A DNA stretch of 64,000 nucleotides, from the IMG/VR virus record IMGVR_UViG_3300028027_000001; one strand, written 5' to 3'. Positions 50,021 to 60,361 of the stretch are shown here, piece by piece; the first letter of the stretch is position 1, and each line of letters starts with the position of its first letter. The DNA comes from a virus. The notes below the pieces were generated by a model. The model ran no database searches. It was not told where the DNA came from and saw nothing but the letters and a program-made list of their open reading frames with translations. Made by a program: the position numbers and the translations under genes.

Positions 50021-51108
50021 TAGTTAACTACTTTAAAATAATAATTATCGTCAAATAATACAGTAGAACCATTAATTTCTGATTTGATTATTATTTGGTA
50101 ATAACGCTCAGGTTCAAGCCCACTCATATATACTGTAAAATAATTACCTTTTTCATCAGAACTAATTTGTGTATATGTTTCATCAAATGTACAAACGTAA
50201 TCATTGGTATCCAAGTCTTTTATAGCAAAATAGGAAGAAGTTGGTAAATAATGGATATCTGTAAAATATGAACTTGTTTGGAATGTTCTTGTTGGATATA
50301 AAGGACTTACATTTAAATAAAAACGATTAATGCTTTCTGGATAGAATGTGGTTGGGTTTTCAGCAAGGGATATTTTAATTTCGGGGGAGGAAATAATACT
50401 TGAGGCAGCAGAACCCGTTAATATGGTATGGTAATCCCTCCATCTAAATTCTAGGTGGGGAGGATATATGGTATTTGTATCTACACTATAATATTTCAAT
50501 AATGGTTCAAGGGTTGAATTGAATTCAAATGAACTAGATAATTTGGTTATAAACCCATAATTAGGGATGGAACCTGAATACCATGAATTTACAATTTTAG
50601 TAACATCTAATTCTAAATCTTTTTGGGATCTTAAACCAAAGGATTGAGTAACATAAAGGCTAGATGTTGTGAACCAATTACCACCAGCTAAAGAACTAGT
50701 ATAATCATATCCCCCTATACTACCTGAAAGACTCCAGGAAGTATTAGGGGTGGCTTTATTCCAAGAAGCACCGTCTGTCTCTGAAGGGGAATCACCAAAA
50801 TATCCAGTACCATTATCCCAATCTTGAGCAACTGGGTATATATTAAGGGATATGTTGGTTCCTATTCCTTTCGCAGTTGATATAAAATTGCGAATATGTG
50901 CTGAATATTGACTTCCGGATATAATATTATCTATAATGTCTGTAATTTCTAGATCATCATACAATGAAATATATCGTGCTACTTGAGCGTTTCCGGAAAT
51001 ATCTAGGGTATTGGAGACCTCACACATAGCATCAATCCCAGTATTGGAATCAGGAGTAATGCTATATAATGTGGTATCTTGTAATGGGAATATTTTATAT
51101 ATGGCCAT
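50020..51108 (-). CDS. Baseplate-associated beta-rich protein (DNRLRE-like)
   Basis: QDWDNGTG, DVT.IV..W, NYGF, TNTIYPP.LE motifs. Confidence 0.55.
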   Translation of the reverse strand: MAIYKIFPLQDTTLYSITPDSNTGIDAMCEVSNTLDISGNAQVARYISLYDDLEITDIIDNIISGSQYSAHIRNFISTAKGIGTNISLNIYPVAQDWDNGTGYFGDSPSETDGASWNKATPNTSWSLSGSIGGYDYTSSLAGGNWFTTSSLYVTQSFGLRSQKDLELDVTKIVNSWYSGSIPNYGFITKLSSSFEFNSTLEPLLKYYSVDTNTIYPPHLEFRWRDYHTILTGSAASSIISSPEIKISLAENPTTFYPESINRFYLNVSPLYPTRTFQTSSYFTDIHYLPTSSYFAIKDLDTNDYVCTFDETYTQISSDEKGNYFTVYMSGLEPERYYQIIIKSEINGSTVLFDDNYYFKVVN

Positions 51109-51147
51109 CTATATTGTTTTATTATAAATATGGCGATATATGTTTTG

Positions 51148-52983
51148 TTAAAGGGGAGAAACGCGCCCTTTAATATCTTGTTGGGGATATTTTAATTCAA
51201 ATATGCTTGGGTCAAGGGATGGATATATTACATTATTTTGAGTTGCTCCTAATATATCATATGCATATGGTGAATAACCCAAAGAGGTACCGGCCTTATT
51301 ATCTATAGTGACAGATTTTACTGTTTGTACTCCTTTAATTTTATCTAAAATAATATATAAATCACGCAACATTATAGGTTGATTAATTTGCCATTTATCT
51401 CGATTAAAGTGGTCTTGAATAGCTGTTATACACGCTAATAATACTTCGTTATTATTTGAATTTGGAGATACTACTATTTCAAAATTTACTCCTACATTAA
51501 TTATAAATGCATCTCTAATTTCAATGTTATCCCCAATCATTCTATATTGGGATAGATAGGTACGAATATTATTTTTTAATGTTGAGGATGCGTAATCTAA
51601 TTGACCTAAAGAATTTTGAGATAAAATATATAAATTAAGTGTTTCTATGGTAGATACTTGATTATCCGTTAATTTTGGTTGTTCAATATATGCTTTAGAT
51701 ACGGCTCCAAAATCAGAAGGCATACTTAATGTTCTAATTAAGTAATCGTCTGCAGTAACTGAGCGTTGTTGAGATGCTACTAACATTAATGTATTTTGGC
51801 GGATTTCTTCAATAGTATCTCCCCCCTTCCCCCCACTGGCTGCATTGGGGTTGTTTGAAGCTAATGAGGAAAAAATATAATTAGCTGTGGTTGGGTTTAA
51901 GTTAATTTGATTGAATTTGGTATTTGTAGTGTTTACATTAATTAAAGTATTGGCTGGAGAATTGGATGAAACACCCCCTCCAGTTAAATAACGGACTGTT
52001 AGGGTTGTATTTGATGGTGAAATACCATAAGTACCAGTATATAGGAAATTTGTTGGGGAATATGCTGATGTAAGTTTTGATTTTTTTATAGGTAATCCCA
52101 TACCCACATTATTCGGGTTAGGTGAAATTTCTTCATCTATACTTGTGGGATTACCAGCACCGAATTGGATTTGGAGGTTTGAATTTGATGTAAATCTAGT
52201 AGCAAATCTTCTTTGTACCTTTTTTAAGCGAAGTAAATATGGGATATCTTTACCACTGTTAGGATCATTAATGTTAGTATTTTTAACGGGATCAATTACC
52301 ATTTCTTGACCTAAATGATCTACTTCATACCATATATTTCCATCTGAGTCAATTATATCTAATATCTTGATAAGGTTAGGGGAAGATATATTTACTGTAG
52401 CGAATTGTTGAGGTTCATTAAAGGTAAATGAGGTGGAGTTTATTGTGGCTGATATTGCTTGTCTAGATTTTTTTAATAAGTAATATTGAGGAACCCCACC
52501 GGCTGTTTGATATATAGATACTTCGGTTGGGTCTTGTGAACTAGATAGAGAAAAATCAATTTTATCTTGTATTATAAAGGAAGAATTGTTGGATGATATT
52601 GTGGTGTTTTCTCCTATAGTTAATGCATAATCATAATCAGGTACCACATTCCCTCCACCTATTGATTTTGCTGGGACTTGTTGGTAAAAATCTATAATGG
52701 TTTGGGCGGCTGTTGTTGTTTTTGGTTTATAACCAAACATATAAGCTAACTCATATATGTTGTTGGTTTGTTGTGCATATTGAGTAAAATTTTCTTGGAT
52801 CTGATTATCTAAATAAAAACTCAAAACGTCTCCAACATATGCTGCTTGTTCCATAAACATCATTCCTGGGGAAGATGGGGAAAAATCATTATAAGTGTTG
52901 GGGAAATATGTTTTAGTATATTCTATTAATCGTTGTCTGAAATCGGTAAAATCTCGATTAATATATTTGACATCTCTGTTCAT
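51148..52983 (-). CDS. Baseplate wedge subunit, T4 gp6/baseplate-J-like
   Basis: NRDF...L, DF..SSPG, AYVGDVLSFY.D.Q and QQRSVTADDY motifs. Confidence 0.9.
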   Translation of the reverse strand: MNRDVKYINRDFTDFRQRLIEYTKTYFPNTYNDFSPSSPGMMFMEQAAYVGDVLSFYLDNQIQENFTQYAQQTNNIYELAYMFGYKPKTTTAAQTIIDFYQQVPAKSIGGGNVVPDYDYALTIGENTTISSNNSSFIIQDKIDFSLSSSQDPTEVSIYQTAGGVPQYYLLKKSRQAISATINSTSFTFNEPQQFATVNISSPNLIKILDIIDSDGNIWYEVDHLGQEMVIDPVKNTNINDPNSGKDIPYLLRLKKVQRRFATRFTSNSNLQIQFGAGNPTSIDEEISPNPNNVGMGLPIKKSKLTSAYSPTNFLYTGTYGISPSNTTLTVRYLTGGGVSSNSPANTLINVNTTNTKFNQINLNPTTANYIFSSLASNNPNAASGGKGGDTIEEIRQNTLMLVASQQRSVTADDYLIRTLSMPSDFGAVSKAYIEQPKLTDNQVSTIETLNLYILSQNSLGQLDYASSTLKNNIRTYLSQYRMIGDNIEIRDAFIINVGVNFEIVVSPNSNNNEVLLACITAIQDHFNRDKWQINQPIMLRDLYIILDKIKGVQTVKSVTIDNKAGTSLGYSPYAYDILGATQNNVIYPSLDPSIFELKYPQQDIKGRVSPL

Positions 52984-52994
52984 ATTAAGATAAT

Positions 52995-53402
52995 TTATTG
53001 AAAGTTTAGTTGTAACTGGTCTTGTGTATTAGTGTTAATTATAGAATATGAGAGTATTATATTAACAGTGTTCATATCAGGGTTACCAGTTACGGTTAAT
53101 TCTTCAACTTTAACACTAGGAAAAAATGTTGAGATTTTATTTGATATATCTGTTTGTAGAAATTCTAAATTATTATTAGTTATTTGTTCAAATATAAATG
53201 CTCTTAAACCCCCACCAAATAAGGGATTCATAGGACGTTCTCCGGGGTTAGTGAGTAAAAAATTGATAAGATTATTTTTTATAGCATCCTTTGTTTGGTA
53301 ATTAGAATTAAATACGGAATTCGAACTAAATGGGAGATTAACCCCCACAGCTGTACTTTCCTGTAAGTCTATCGGGTATATCTTAACCGGGTCAAAAGCC
53401 AT
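52995..53402 (-). CDS. Baseplate gp25-like (sheath initiator)
   Basis: IKNNLINFLLTNPGERPMNPLFG. Confidence 0.92.
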   Translation of the reverse strand: MAFDPVKIYPIDLQESTAVGVNLPFSSNSVFNSNYQTKDAIKNNLINFLLTNPGERPMNPLFGGGLRAFIFEQITNNNLEFLQTDISNKISTFFPSVKVEELTVTGNPDMNTVNIILSYSIINTNTQDQLQLNFQ

Positions 53403-53737
53403 TATTTACCGCTTAATAAATTCATAATTTGATCCATCCCTAATTCTCCATTACCTAAATTCCCATTTACAGGATCACCAACCGCTGATGGGTTGAATTG
53501 GTTAATATCTCTGCTAGTAAAACTCATAGCGGTTTCACCTAAAATATTAGCATATTTTTCTCTAGCATCAAATGTTGGTTGTGTAAATGTTGGTTTATAA
53601 TCAGGTTGTGGTGTATGTGTTTCTTGAATAGATGTTTTAGGAGTTTTGAGTGCTTCTAAAAGGATATCTTTCATTTCGTCACGAATAGCATCACGTACTG
53701 CTTCTTTAATTAATTGTTTAAGTTCTGATGTTTTCAT
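53402..53737 (-). CDS. Hypothetical protein with an LKQLIKEAV N-terminus
   Basis: 111 aa; late motif 6 nt upstream of the ATG. Confidence 0.65.
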   Translation of the reverse strand: MKTSELKQLIKEAVRDAIRDEMKDILLEALKTPKTSIQETHTPQPDYKPTFTQPTFDAREKYANILGETAMSFTSRDINQFNPSAVGDPVNGNLGNGELGMDQIMNLLSGK

Positions 53738-53755
53738 ATGGTTATAAATATTAGA

Positions 53756-54907
53756 TTAATCTGCTTTTAAATTATTGGTTTGAATATAAAATGATAATTC
53801 ATCTATCAATATCTGGTCAATTGAGCTGAAAGACCACTCTCCTTGTAAAAGATTAACACCACTTCTATTTTTTGCAATTGCTCGTTTACGTTTTAGTGGT
53901 TTTTCAGTAATTTCAGTTTCTACAGTTAATGTAAAACCATTTATAGAAGGAGGATTTACTACGGTTTGAGTTTCAGCTTCTTTAGTTAAATCTAGTAATA
54001 TTTGATTTAATATTTCTTGAGATTGGGGTGTATTGGGGGCGCAGTGTTGAATTAGTATATCCAATAAATTCAAGTATTGCATTAATTGGGTTAACGTTTG
54101 ACGTATAGATACTAATACAATTAAGGAACCTGCACTTATGGCACTTAATTTACTAATGGTACCTTCAATTTTTTTGATTGAATCTTGAACTTGAGTTATA
54201 ACATTCATAGGAATACCCACCCCGGCTACCGCTACAGGAACAGGTAGTGCTTTTAGAGTTTTTAAAGCAATATTCATCCCCCCCAACAGACCAGTAGTTA
54301 TACCTAGTGCTTTAGTAGTAGTATCAATGGTATTAGTGGTTAAATTTATTTTTTTATATAATTTATTTTTAGTATTGAGTAGTTGATTTAATATATTACC
54401 AGTAGGACAATTAGAATTATCTACATATCTTTGAATTTCAGATTGGGATTTTGTAATTAAATTATTAACATTTGATATTCCAAATTCAGCTATCATTCCT
54501 ATAGCTATCGGAATTAATTGTGATTTTATATCTTTAACAGTATCACTTAACCGTTTTTGTGAATAATAATTAGCATCTTTTTTAGATTTCAATAATGAAT
54601 CTACTTGAGATGAATCCATTTGGGATGATGTGAGTATATCTTGAGATATATCCTGTTTTAATGGACTTAATTGTTGTACACCTAAATCTGTTTTAATCTC
54701 ACCATCTCCCTTAAATGGTTTAATTTCCTTAGTAGAATAATTAATATAGGATATAGTTATATTATTTGGGAATGAGGGAATATCAATAATAAATTTACCT
54801 TTACTATCAGTTGTTGAAGTTACGGGGATGTCACCATTAAATGAAGATAATTTTACTCCCTTTAATGGTTTATTAGTTAATGAATCTATGACTATTCCTG
54901 ATATCAT
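53756..54907 (-). CDS. Carboxypeptidase-regulatory-like N-domain plus helical/hydrophobic baseplate protein
   Basis: ISG.VID..T.KPL.GV...TTD.KG.F pattern. Confidence 0.55.
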   Translation of the reverse strand: MISGIVIDSLTNKPLKGVKLSSFNGDIPVTSTTDSKGKFIIDIPSFPNNITISYINYSTKEIKPFKGDGEIKTDLGVQQLSPLKQDISQDILTSSQMDSSQVDSLLKSKKDANYYSQKRLSDTVKDIKSQLIPIAIGMIAEFGISNVNNLITKSQSEIQRYVDNSNCPTGNILNQLLNTKNKLYKKINLTTNTIDTTTKALGITTGLLGGMNIALKTLKALPVPVAVAGVGIPMNVITQVQDSIKKIEGTISKLSAISAGSLIVLVSIRQTLTQLMQYLNLLDILIQHCAPNTPQSQEILNQILLDLTKEAETQTVVNPPSINGFTLTVETEITEKPLKRKRAIAKNRSGVNLLQGEWSFSSIDQILIDELSFYIQTNNLKAD

Positions 54908-56079
54908 TTTAATTTGATGTATTTGGATTTTGATTTGTCTAAATTATTTATTATACCCTGAACTACAGATGAGGCATTACTTCCAATTATATTTCCAGCA
55001 GCATCAGGAACTGGGGTTCCTCCGGGGAATATTTGGGAGGTTTCTAGTAGGTTGGCTATTGATTTAACTGAAAAGCATAATTGTTCAATTAAACTTATAG
55101 TAGTATCTCCTAATAGTGCTGGTTCGGTGGCAGATGTTGGGTTTGGCCCCATTTTTATATCATTACTATGAATGTTAAATGAGGGGGAATCCGCATTAAT
55201 ACTCTCGTTAGATGATAAACCCACAGACTTAGCTGCGCTTATTAAAACACTATCAGATTTCGCGTTCAAAACCACCCGATCCGACCACAATATAACTTGA
55301 GGGAAATTGAATGATGATGGAGATATTGGGGGTATTGGATATGAAGTGAAGTCTTCATTAGCTAAACTAAATTTTATTGATTGGTTTGATGTCAAATACA
55401 ATGATGCTAAATCATTTTTAACATCTTCGGAGATAGGTATAAATCCGGATTCATTTGTTTTAGATTGTCCATTTCTGAGTATAGTTATTGGGTTTCCTGT
55501 GTTATTTCCAAATCGTAAACTTTGCCCGTGTCTCCCATATCGGATAATATCTCCAGAATTTTGGGTTAAGGGTTGAATTGGGGATTCAATAAATGTGGGG
55601 GTTGTTTCTGTTAATGGTAATGAATGATTTAATATTCCTGATTCTGTTTTTTTATAATTTTTTATATTAGTTTTAACAGAAGATATATTATTATTTATAG
55701 GTGTTTTATTATTATTTATAGCATTCCCATAAGATGAATGGGGTTGATCATATAACCACATAAACCCATTACTGTTGGGGATATATGTTTTATATAAAGT
55801 TACAAGTTCATCCTTAACAGGTATAGTAATAGTTGTGGTAGATTTTGGTGTAGCCACATATTGAGAACCTATTGTATTTTTTGATATGGAATTACATAAT
55901 ATTGTCCCCAATTGGGTAAACTTATTTCCGTTTACATCTATTATAGGTTCTGGGTTATCTGATGTTATGGTGTGGGTAACCTGGGCTATTATAGTATCAC
56001 TATATTGGGTTGTTTGGGTAGGGGATGGGTTTGAATTGGATTTAACCAATTGGGAAAATCCAAATTTGCTATAGCTCAT
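54904..56079 (-). CDS. Baseplate hub/central spike, gp5-like
   Basis: GD....GR.GQSLRFG and SDRVVLNAK beta-repeat region; EPALLGD. Confidence 0.65.
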   Translation of the reverse strand: MSYSKFGFSQLVKSNSNPSPTQTTQYSDTIIAQVTHTITSDNPEPIIDVNGNKFTQLGTILCNSISKNTIGSQYVATPKSTTTITIPVKDELVTLYKTYIPNSNGFMWLYDQPHSSYGNAINNNKTPINNNISSVKTNIKNYKKTESGILNHSLPLTETTPTFIESPIQPLTQNSGDIIRYGRHGQSLRFGNNTGNPITILRNGQSKTNESGFIPISEDVKNDLASLYLTSNQSIKFSLANEDFTSYPIPPISPSSFNFPQVILWSDRVVLNAKSDSVLISAAKSVGLSSNESINADSPSFNIHSNDIKMGPNPTSATEPALLGDTTISLIEQLCFSVKSIANLLETSQIFPGGTPVPDAAGNIIGSNASSVVQGIINNLDKSKSKYIKLK

Positions 56080-56081
56080 TA

Positions 56082-56417
56082 CTATTTAGGTTGAAAATTT
56101 TTTACTTCGGCTAATAATTGCTTTTTCTCATCTTCAGTCATACCAAACCCTTCATCTTCAGTCTTACCAGTACCTACAGCACGTTGAATGATGGTAGCCA
56201 TTTTTATCAATTGCTCATCATTTTTAAGACCTAATTCCATATATTCTTTAATTAATGGGACTATTAAAGTAGCATCCCCTATATCTGAAATTAATGGTTT
56301 TAATTCACCTATTAAAGCTGATATTTGTTCTTCTTTCTTTTTTTGATTATTATATATCTCTTGAAGTATATCGGAGAATTTTTTCTTCCCAAATATATTA
56401 GTATCTAAACTTCCCAT
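56082..56417 (-). CDS. Conserved-looking hypothetical protein
   Basis: 111 aa; VPLIKEY.E...KNDEQL.K motif; late motif upstream. Confidence 0.65.
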   Translation of the reverse strand: MGSLDTNIFGKKKFSDILQEIYNNQKKKEEQISALIGELKPLISDIGDATLIVPLIKEYMELGLKNDEQLIKMATIIQRAVGTGKTEDEGFGMTEDEKKQLLAEVKNFQPK

Positions 56418-56437
56418 GTTTTATGTATAAATATGAA

Positions 56438-57313
56438 TTAATTAAATTCTATATAATCATTCTCTAAATAAAATACGTAATTCTTTTTAAAGATATCATA
56501 TAGTGAATTAGCTATTTTGGTTATACGTGGTGTTTTAGCTTCAGGAACCATCTCATGAATGTATATATAAAGTGCCTTTTTATTAAATACATCAATTTGG
56601 GATCGTTTTCTAAATAATTCCAATACAGAATCAGCAATTTCTCTATCTTGTGATTTATTAAATAATAATTCAATGTTTGAATTTAGATAATCAACATATT
56701 TTTCAGTGAAAATGAATAATTTATCATCTGGGCTATGTGGGTCTAAAGTGTATGATTGATTATGATCTTGATTCAATTCATCAATTTGAGTTTGATTTGT
56801 CTTTGAATTATATACTTTATTATTATATACAATACACCATCTTTTAACTATAGTCCCAAAATATGAATACGCTTTGGGTGGAGTAAGTTTAGAGAGTTGT
56901 TCTCTACATTCTTTAGATACTGTTAAAGTAGATAAAAATTCATTTATTTGATTTTGGGTTACCTTATCTACATTACCCACAAAGTCAATAAAATTACCAG
57001 TATATTCTTCTTGAAATATTTTAGTAATTATTCTAACTAAGCGATCCTGGATGTTTTGCTTATGGTTATAGAGATGAAGCTTCCCTAAGAGGAATACTTC
57101 AATTTCATGTTGTAGATGTTCTAAATTATCAACTTCAGTGTGATAAAACTTAAACGTATGGATTATATTTTGGGTAAGTTTAAAAAAAGGATAATGAATA
57201 TGTTTTTGATAAATTTTATCCCTTAAAAAAGAATCAGAGGTTTTATTATATAATATAATAGCATCTTCTGTTTCTTGGGTAAAATAATTTTTATCTTTGG
57301 ATTTTTTAGCCAT
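56438..57313 (-). CDS. Phage RNA polymerase sigma factor, gp55-like (late transcription)
   Basis: NYFT...E.AI..Y, KL..NII..FKF and KAYSYFGTI.K resemble sigma region 2 of the gp55 family. Confidence 0.7.
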   Translation of the reverse strand: MAKKSKDKNYFTQETEDAIILYNKTSDSFLRDKIYQKHIHYPFFKLTQNIIHTFKFYHTEVDNLEHLQHEIEVFLLGKLHLYNHKQNIQDRLVRIITKIFQEEYTGNFIDFVGNVDKVTQNQINEFLSTLTVSKECREQLSKLTPPKAYSYFGTIVKRWCIVYNNKVYNSKTNQTQIDELNQDHNQSYTLDPHSPDDKLFIFTEKYVDYLNSNIELLFNKSQDREIADSVLELFRKRSQIDVFNKKALYIYIHEMVPEAKTPRITKIANSLYDIFKKNYVFYLENDYIEFN

Positions 57314-57317
57314 AGTA

Positions 57318-57599
57318 TTAGGATTGTTTTATATTAAATTCATTTAATATTTCTTGAATTTGTTTAATTCCATCAAATATAACTCCAGTTTCATCATCAT
57401 TAGCAAAAGCACCCATTTGATCTAATTCTTTAATTTTAATATCAGAAACTTCTATTACTCTAGATAGTTTATCTAAATAATCTAAATACCCAGATAATAT
57501 ATCTTCTGATTTTTCTTGTTTTTTTAATAGGTTCCAGGTAGTAAAACCTAAAGTTAAAGTACTAATAGAAAGTACTATAATTAATATTATATAAACCAT
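57318..57599 (-). CDS. Small membrane protein
   Basis: N-terminal TM helix; F..DDE.G..F motif. Confidence 0.7.
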   Translation of the reverse strand: MVYIILIIVLSISTLTLGFTTWNLLKKQEKSEDILSGYLDYLDKLSRVIEVSDIKIKELDQMGAFANDDETGVIFDGIKQIQEILNEFNIKQS

Positions 57600-57600
57600 A

Positions 57601-58383
57601 TTATAAATTATCTAATAAATTTTTTAAATTATCACTTTTAATAGACCCCAAAGCCTTATTTCGAATATTGTCTTTTTTAGTATTAGTTGGGTGGATTTTT
57701 GGGGTTGATTTAATTGTTTTACTATTTCCTTCTTTTAATTTTCCTAACCATTCTCTCTCAAATTCAATACGGGCAGCCATTAAATCAGCTTGATGAACAA
57801 TAAATGGAAGTGCTGTTCTTGGTTTTTGACCGGGGGTGAATGAAAGGAGATATTTTTTATTTCCTTCATCATATAAACCATCATGGGTTTGAATAGTAAT
57901 CATCTCATTAAATGAATACTGGATATTATGAGATTGGAGTAGAAATAACCCTCTATCAGGGACAGATGCAAATGCTAATTTTTCATTGAACATATAATCT
58001 TCACCTAATTTTTCTTTTCTCCATTGGTCTGTCTGTGGTAAGTATGATTCGTTTTCTTCATCACCTAACTTACCTAAGTCATGATTTAAAGCAGAAAATA
58101 CTAATTCCTCTACAGTATATGTAGAAGTATCAGCTCCATGTTTTTCCCATAATTTATGTTGATCTAATGCACATTCTATTACTCTAATAACATGTTCGCA
58201 ATAACCTCCAGGAAACGCATTGTGGTATTCGCGCTTATGGGCAGCCGGCATCATCATTAAACGCTCGGAAAACTTATTATAGAAATCCAATAATTTTTCT
58301 TTTCTAGGAGACTCGATATATTGTTCAATATATCCTAACAATGTTTCCCAATTTTGTAATATTTCTTCAGGTTTTAAAATCAT
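57601..58383 (-). CDS. HD-domain phosphohydrolase (YhaM-like)
   Basis: HNAFPGG..EH, NHDLGK, THDG and HQAD motifs. Confidence 0.88.
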   Translation of the reverse strand: MILKPEEILQNWETLLGYIEQYIESPRKEKLLDFYNKFSERLMMMPAAHKREYHNAFPGGYCEHVIRVIECALDQHKLWEKHGADTSTYTVEELVFSALNHDLGKLGDEENESYLPQTDQWRKEKLGEDYMFNEKLAFASVPDRGLFLLQSHNIQYSFNEMITIQTHDGLYDEGNKKYLLSFTPGQKPRTALPFIVHQADLMAARIEFEREWLGKLKEGNSKTIKSTPKIHPTNTKKDNIRNKALGSIKSDNLKNLLDNL

Positions 58384-58427
58384 AACTAATTATTTTTAAT
58401 TTAAGACCCAATATACGCTCACCCTAC

Positions 58428-58862
58428 TTAGATACCACGTTTTTTACAAAAATTCTTAATATTTCTTAAATGAGCACATTTTTCATATTCTTCACACATT
58501 TCATAATATGAATTACATAAATCAATACAATCAAAAAATTTTTTATGAGGGATATTAGATAAACAATATTTCCAATCTTCGTTATTTAAATCACACTGTT
58601 CAATCCAATACCAAGCCCTAGCATACATCATAAAATCGCCAGCTTCATTTATATTAGATATATCTAATGAAGCATCAGATTTTGAGAATAAATCTATAAT
58701 TTGGTCTTTAAATATAACCCCATTATTAATTAATTTTATAAACATCCTAATTTTATAATATGGGTTATTTTTAAAATCATCTATTTCATTCTCTATTTGT
58801 TTTTTGGTATTCTCGTTGTTTTCATTAAAGCCGAATAAACCAAATATATTTTCTAAATTCAT
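58428..58862 (-). CDS. Hypothetical protein with a UvrB/UvrC-type motif
   Basis: C-terminal EEYEKCAHLRN. Confidence 0.6.
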   Translation of the reverse strand: MNLENIFGLFGFNENNENTKKQIENEIDDFKNNPYYKIRMFIKLINNGVIFKDQIIDLFSKSDASLDISNINEAGDFMMYARAWYWIEQCDLNNEDWKYCLSNIPHKKFFDCIDLCNSYYEMCEEYEKCAHLRNIKNFCKKRGI

Positions 58863-58929
58863 ATAATTATGTGTTTTTTATATTTACGCGTTTAAATTGC
58901 GCATAAAAATAATTACTCTACGATAAATA

Positions 58930-59382
58930 TTATAAGTTAGATCCAACACTAATTATAGTATTAATAGCATCATCCACCCCCATTTTAAAAAATTCTCTTT
59001 TCTTTTTAATTCGGTATTCGGATAAACATTGATGAACCATATATTCTAACTTTTTTCCATCAACACACCTAAAAGCAAAATCAACATCAAATTCATCAGG
59101 AACCCCTGTTGATTTTGATAATATTAATGCTCTATCATATGGGTTAAGGGATGTGTATCCTATTTTTACAATTCCGGGCATGTATTTATTGGTTAAAACA
59201 TACACAAATTGTTCTCCATTTTGACCAGCAAATTCTCTCTTAGGTTTATTAGTATAATATGTGACTTTAGACCACCCATCTTCATCATCAATTGATGTGA
59301 AGTAATGGGGATCCATATGTGAATACCCATCTTCTTCTATGGATATAAATTTTTTTGATTGTTCTAATGTAATATATTTCAT
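58930..59382 (-). CDS. T5orf172-type GIY-YIG protein
   Basis: FVYVLTN..MPG.VKIGYT, STGVP, LE..VH and REFF motifs. Confidence 0.85.
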   Translation of the reverse strand: MKYITLEQSKKFISIEEDGYSHMDPHYFTSIDDEDGWSKVTYYTNKPKREFAGQNGEQFVYVLTNKYMPGIVKIGYTSLNPYDRALILSKSTGVPDEFDVDFAFRCVDGKKLEYMVHQCLSEYRIKKKREFFKMGVDDAINTIISVGSNL

Positions 59383-59405
59383 AACCTTTATTTTTAATTT
59401 AATTT

Positions 59406-59642
59406 TTAAAACCTAACAGTAGCTCCACCTTTATACCACGGAAGACCTTCACGCCCACGTAAGGCTTTCTTCCATTCCTGGTGTGTCATTCTTACCCCAT
59501 TAATATAATATTCAGCTAATTTTTCATCACCCTGAGGGATCAATGCTGGACCTTCCCAATTATGTAATTTACCATCAAACATGGTAACAACTGTTCCATC
59601 TGCGGTTCTTAATGTTTTGCCTTTTTGATATGTCTTACTCAT
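59406..59642 (-). CDS. Small protein with a GKLH..GPA...EYYING unit
   Basis: 78 aa; sigmaA-type promoter TTTG-N20-TATATTTA at 59664-59695. Confidence 0.7.
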   Translation of the reverse strand: MSKTYQKGKTLRTADGTVVTMFDGKLHNWEGPALIPQGDEKLAEYYINGVRMTHQEWKKALRGREGLPWYKGGATVRF

Positions 59643-59731
59643 AATCTTAATTATTTATATACTTAAATATACACCCAATAAAATTAAACCCCAAATAAGA
59701 TTTAACCATTAGGATTGTTATTTTATAATAA

Positions 59732-60085
59732 TTATGGCTCAATAGTTAATGTTATTCCTCCAGTACCCATTATATTTAATTCGCCAACAGACACATTTAC
59801 AGAAGGTGTAAATTTAAATGAATTAGAACCAGAATTTAAACAGAATGATGCTTGATAGAATGAGGATGAAACACCATTAGCAATATTGGTAAAATTGGAA
59901 AAAGAACCAGATAATGATTGTTTACTATTTTGATCATATAATCCACTTGTTGTTTTGAGTGATTCTAATGTGAGATAAGCGCAGAAAGATGGATTATCGA
60001 TAAGGAATGTGTATGTGGTATTTTTTGTTAAAATTGGCGCGTAACTTCCACTACCATTTAATTGTTCTGAAGTATAATTAGTCAT
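59732..60085 (-). CDS. Probable small virion protein
   Basis: Beta-rich, several SGS motifs, downstream of a late motif. Confidence 0.55.
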   Translation of the reverse strand: MTNYTSEQLNGSGSYAPILTKNTTYTFLIDNPSFCAYLTLESLKTTSGLYDQNSKQSLSGSFSNFTNIANGVSSSFYQASFCLNSGSNSFKFTPSVNVSVGELNIMGTGGITLTIEP

Positions 60086-60197
60086 ATTTTTTAGAGAATA
60101 TTTCTTTAATTAATAATAATGGGGAAAGGGATAATACTATTATCCCCACTATTAATGCCTCTAACATGTCTTCCATACGTTGTAATAGTTTTCCCAT
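60078..60197 (-). CDS. 39-aa membrane peptide
   Basis: MGKLLQRMEDMLEALIVGIIVLSLSPLLLIKEIFSKKYD; late motif 4 nt upstream. Confidence 0.5.
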   Translation of the reverse strand: MGKLLQRMEDMLEALIVGIIVLSLSPLLLIKEIFSKKYD

Positions 60198-60199
60198 AT

Positions 60200-60361
60200 T
60201 CATAAATATCGAATTATATATGTTTTGTTGGATTTTTTATTTAAAGTGTCTGGGTAATATGGTTTTGGAGTAAAACCTTGTGTTTTGGGGGTGTTTTCAC
60301 AATGGTTTAAGATATGGATTACTACCATAAAATAAAATAGTGCTTTTAGTTTTTTTGTCAT
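60200..60361 (-). CDS. 53-aa possible lipoprotein
   Basis: MTKKLKALFYFMVVIHILNHC...: basic N-region, hydrophobic core, then Cys. Confidence 0.4.
   Translation of the reverse strand: MTKKLKALFYFMVVIHILNHCENTPKTQGFTPKPYYPDTLNKKSNKTYIIRYL

Noticed and set aside
56082-56417. Terminase small subunit
   Set aside because: Size and late motif fit, but no recognisable TerS motif; left as hypothetical
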